NCBI GenBank assembly: GCA_947627315.1
Contig: CANQVN010000002.1
Location: 1-45,806, forward strand
From: an uncultured Clostridia bacterium
Lineage (GTDB): Bacteria > Bacillota > Clostridia > Oscillospirales > QAKW01
Length of the DNA: 45,806 bases
Direction of reading: 5' to 3'
A model generated the notes under the pieces. The model was given only the letters and a program-made list of their open reading frames with translations. It ran no database searches and was not told the DNA's origin. The stretch's first letter is position 1, and the number at the start of each line of letters is the position of its first letter. Positions 45,714 through 45,806 of the stretch are shown in pieces. Position numbers and translations under genes: made by a program.

Positions 45714-45806
45714 ATGGAAATCGCGCTTATCGGCAACCCGAACAGCGGCAAGACGACGCTGTTCAATTTTAACAGGCTCCAACGGCACGGTCGGAAACTG
45801 GTCGGG
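45714..45806 (+). CDS. feoB: Ferrous iron transporter FeoB, N-terminal G-domain fragment (3' end outside the window; the frame appears to break near 45766)
   Basis: MEIALIGNPNSGKTTLFN is the FeoB G1 motif. The expected continuation, ILTGSNGTVGNWSG, is encoded in the +1 frame from 45766. Confidence 0.6.
   Translation, partial: MEIALIGNPNSGKTTLFNFNRLQRHGRKLVG

Noticed and set aside
1-45806. Looked for CRISPR-like regularly spaced repeats, IS or transposase genes, integrase genes, phage genes, toxin-antitoxin pairs, riboswitch or T-box leaders, and DnaA-box clusters.
   Set aside because: None were seen. Intergenic space is minimal: the only gaps over 100 nt are at 5456-5671, 8116-8259, 11714-12331, 41851-41967 and 44518-44645. 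All are accounted for by promoters, terminators and tRNAs. A by-eye scan cannot exclude short or degenerate elements.

Overview
The window is a densely packed core-genome segment of a Firmicutes/Clostridia-type chromosome. The taxon is inferred from PolC plus DnaE, WhiA, the SepF-YggT-YlmH-DivIVA cluster and an SLH-anchored wall protein. Positions 1-5149 on the + strand carry topA (5' truncated), trmFO, plsX, rnc and an ELP3-like radical SAM gene. Positions 5207-44517 are almost entirely minus strand. They hold secG, then prmA-rsmE plus an unknown membrane protein, then divergent rarA on the + strand. Next come a flavin reductase, a BlaI/BlaR1-like pair, and two monocistronic tRNAs, Arg-CCT and Leu-CAA. 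Two long head-to-tail arrays follow. The first is pyrH-frr-uppS-cdsA-dxr-rseP-ispG-polC-murB-whiA-dnaE-pfkA. The second is miaB-ricA-like-mutS-mutL-miaA-MFP-like-yggS-sepF-yggT-ylmH-divIVA-lspA-rluD. An SLH/CAP/Big_2 surface protein closes the minus-strand block. The window ends with azlCD and the first 31 codons of feoB on the + strand. I found no CRISPR array, transposase, integrase, phage genes or recognisable defence or toxin-antitoxin module, and no convincing multi-gene novel system. The best leads are modest. They are a BlaR1-like M56 transducer with a 63-aa non-PBP ectodomain and a three-site ACTAC-N4-GTAGT operator layout, and a 21-bp-phased TTTTGAAC motif array upstream of secG. Others are a RicA/YmcA-like protein with a CX3CX2CX2C tail and an orphan membrane-fusion-like protein where hfq often sits. 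The rest are loss of rapZ-yvcK between murB and whiA, a large SLH protein with unassigned domains, and an apparent frame break in feoB at the window edge. All functional calls rest on my recognition of motifs in the supplied translations and on synteny. No database search was run.
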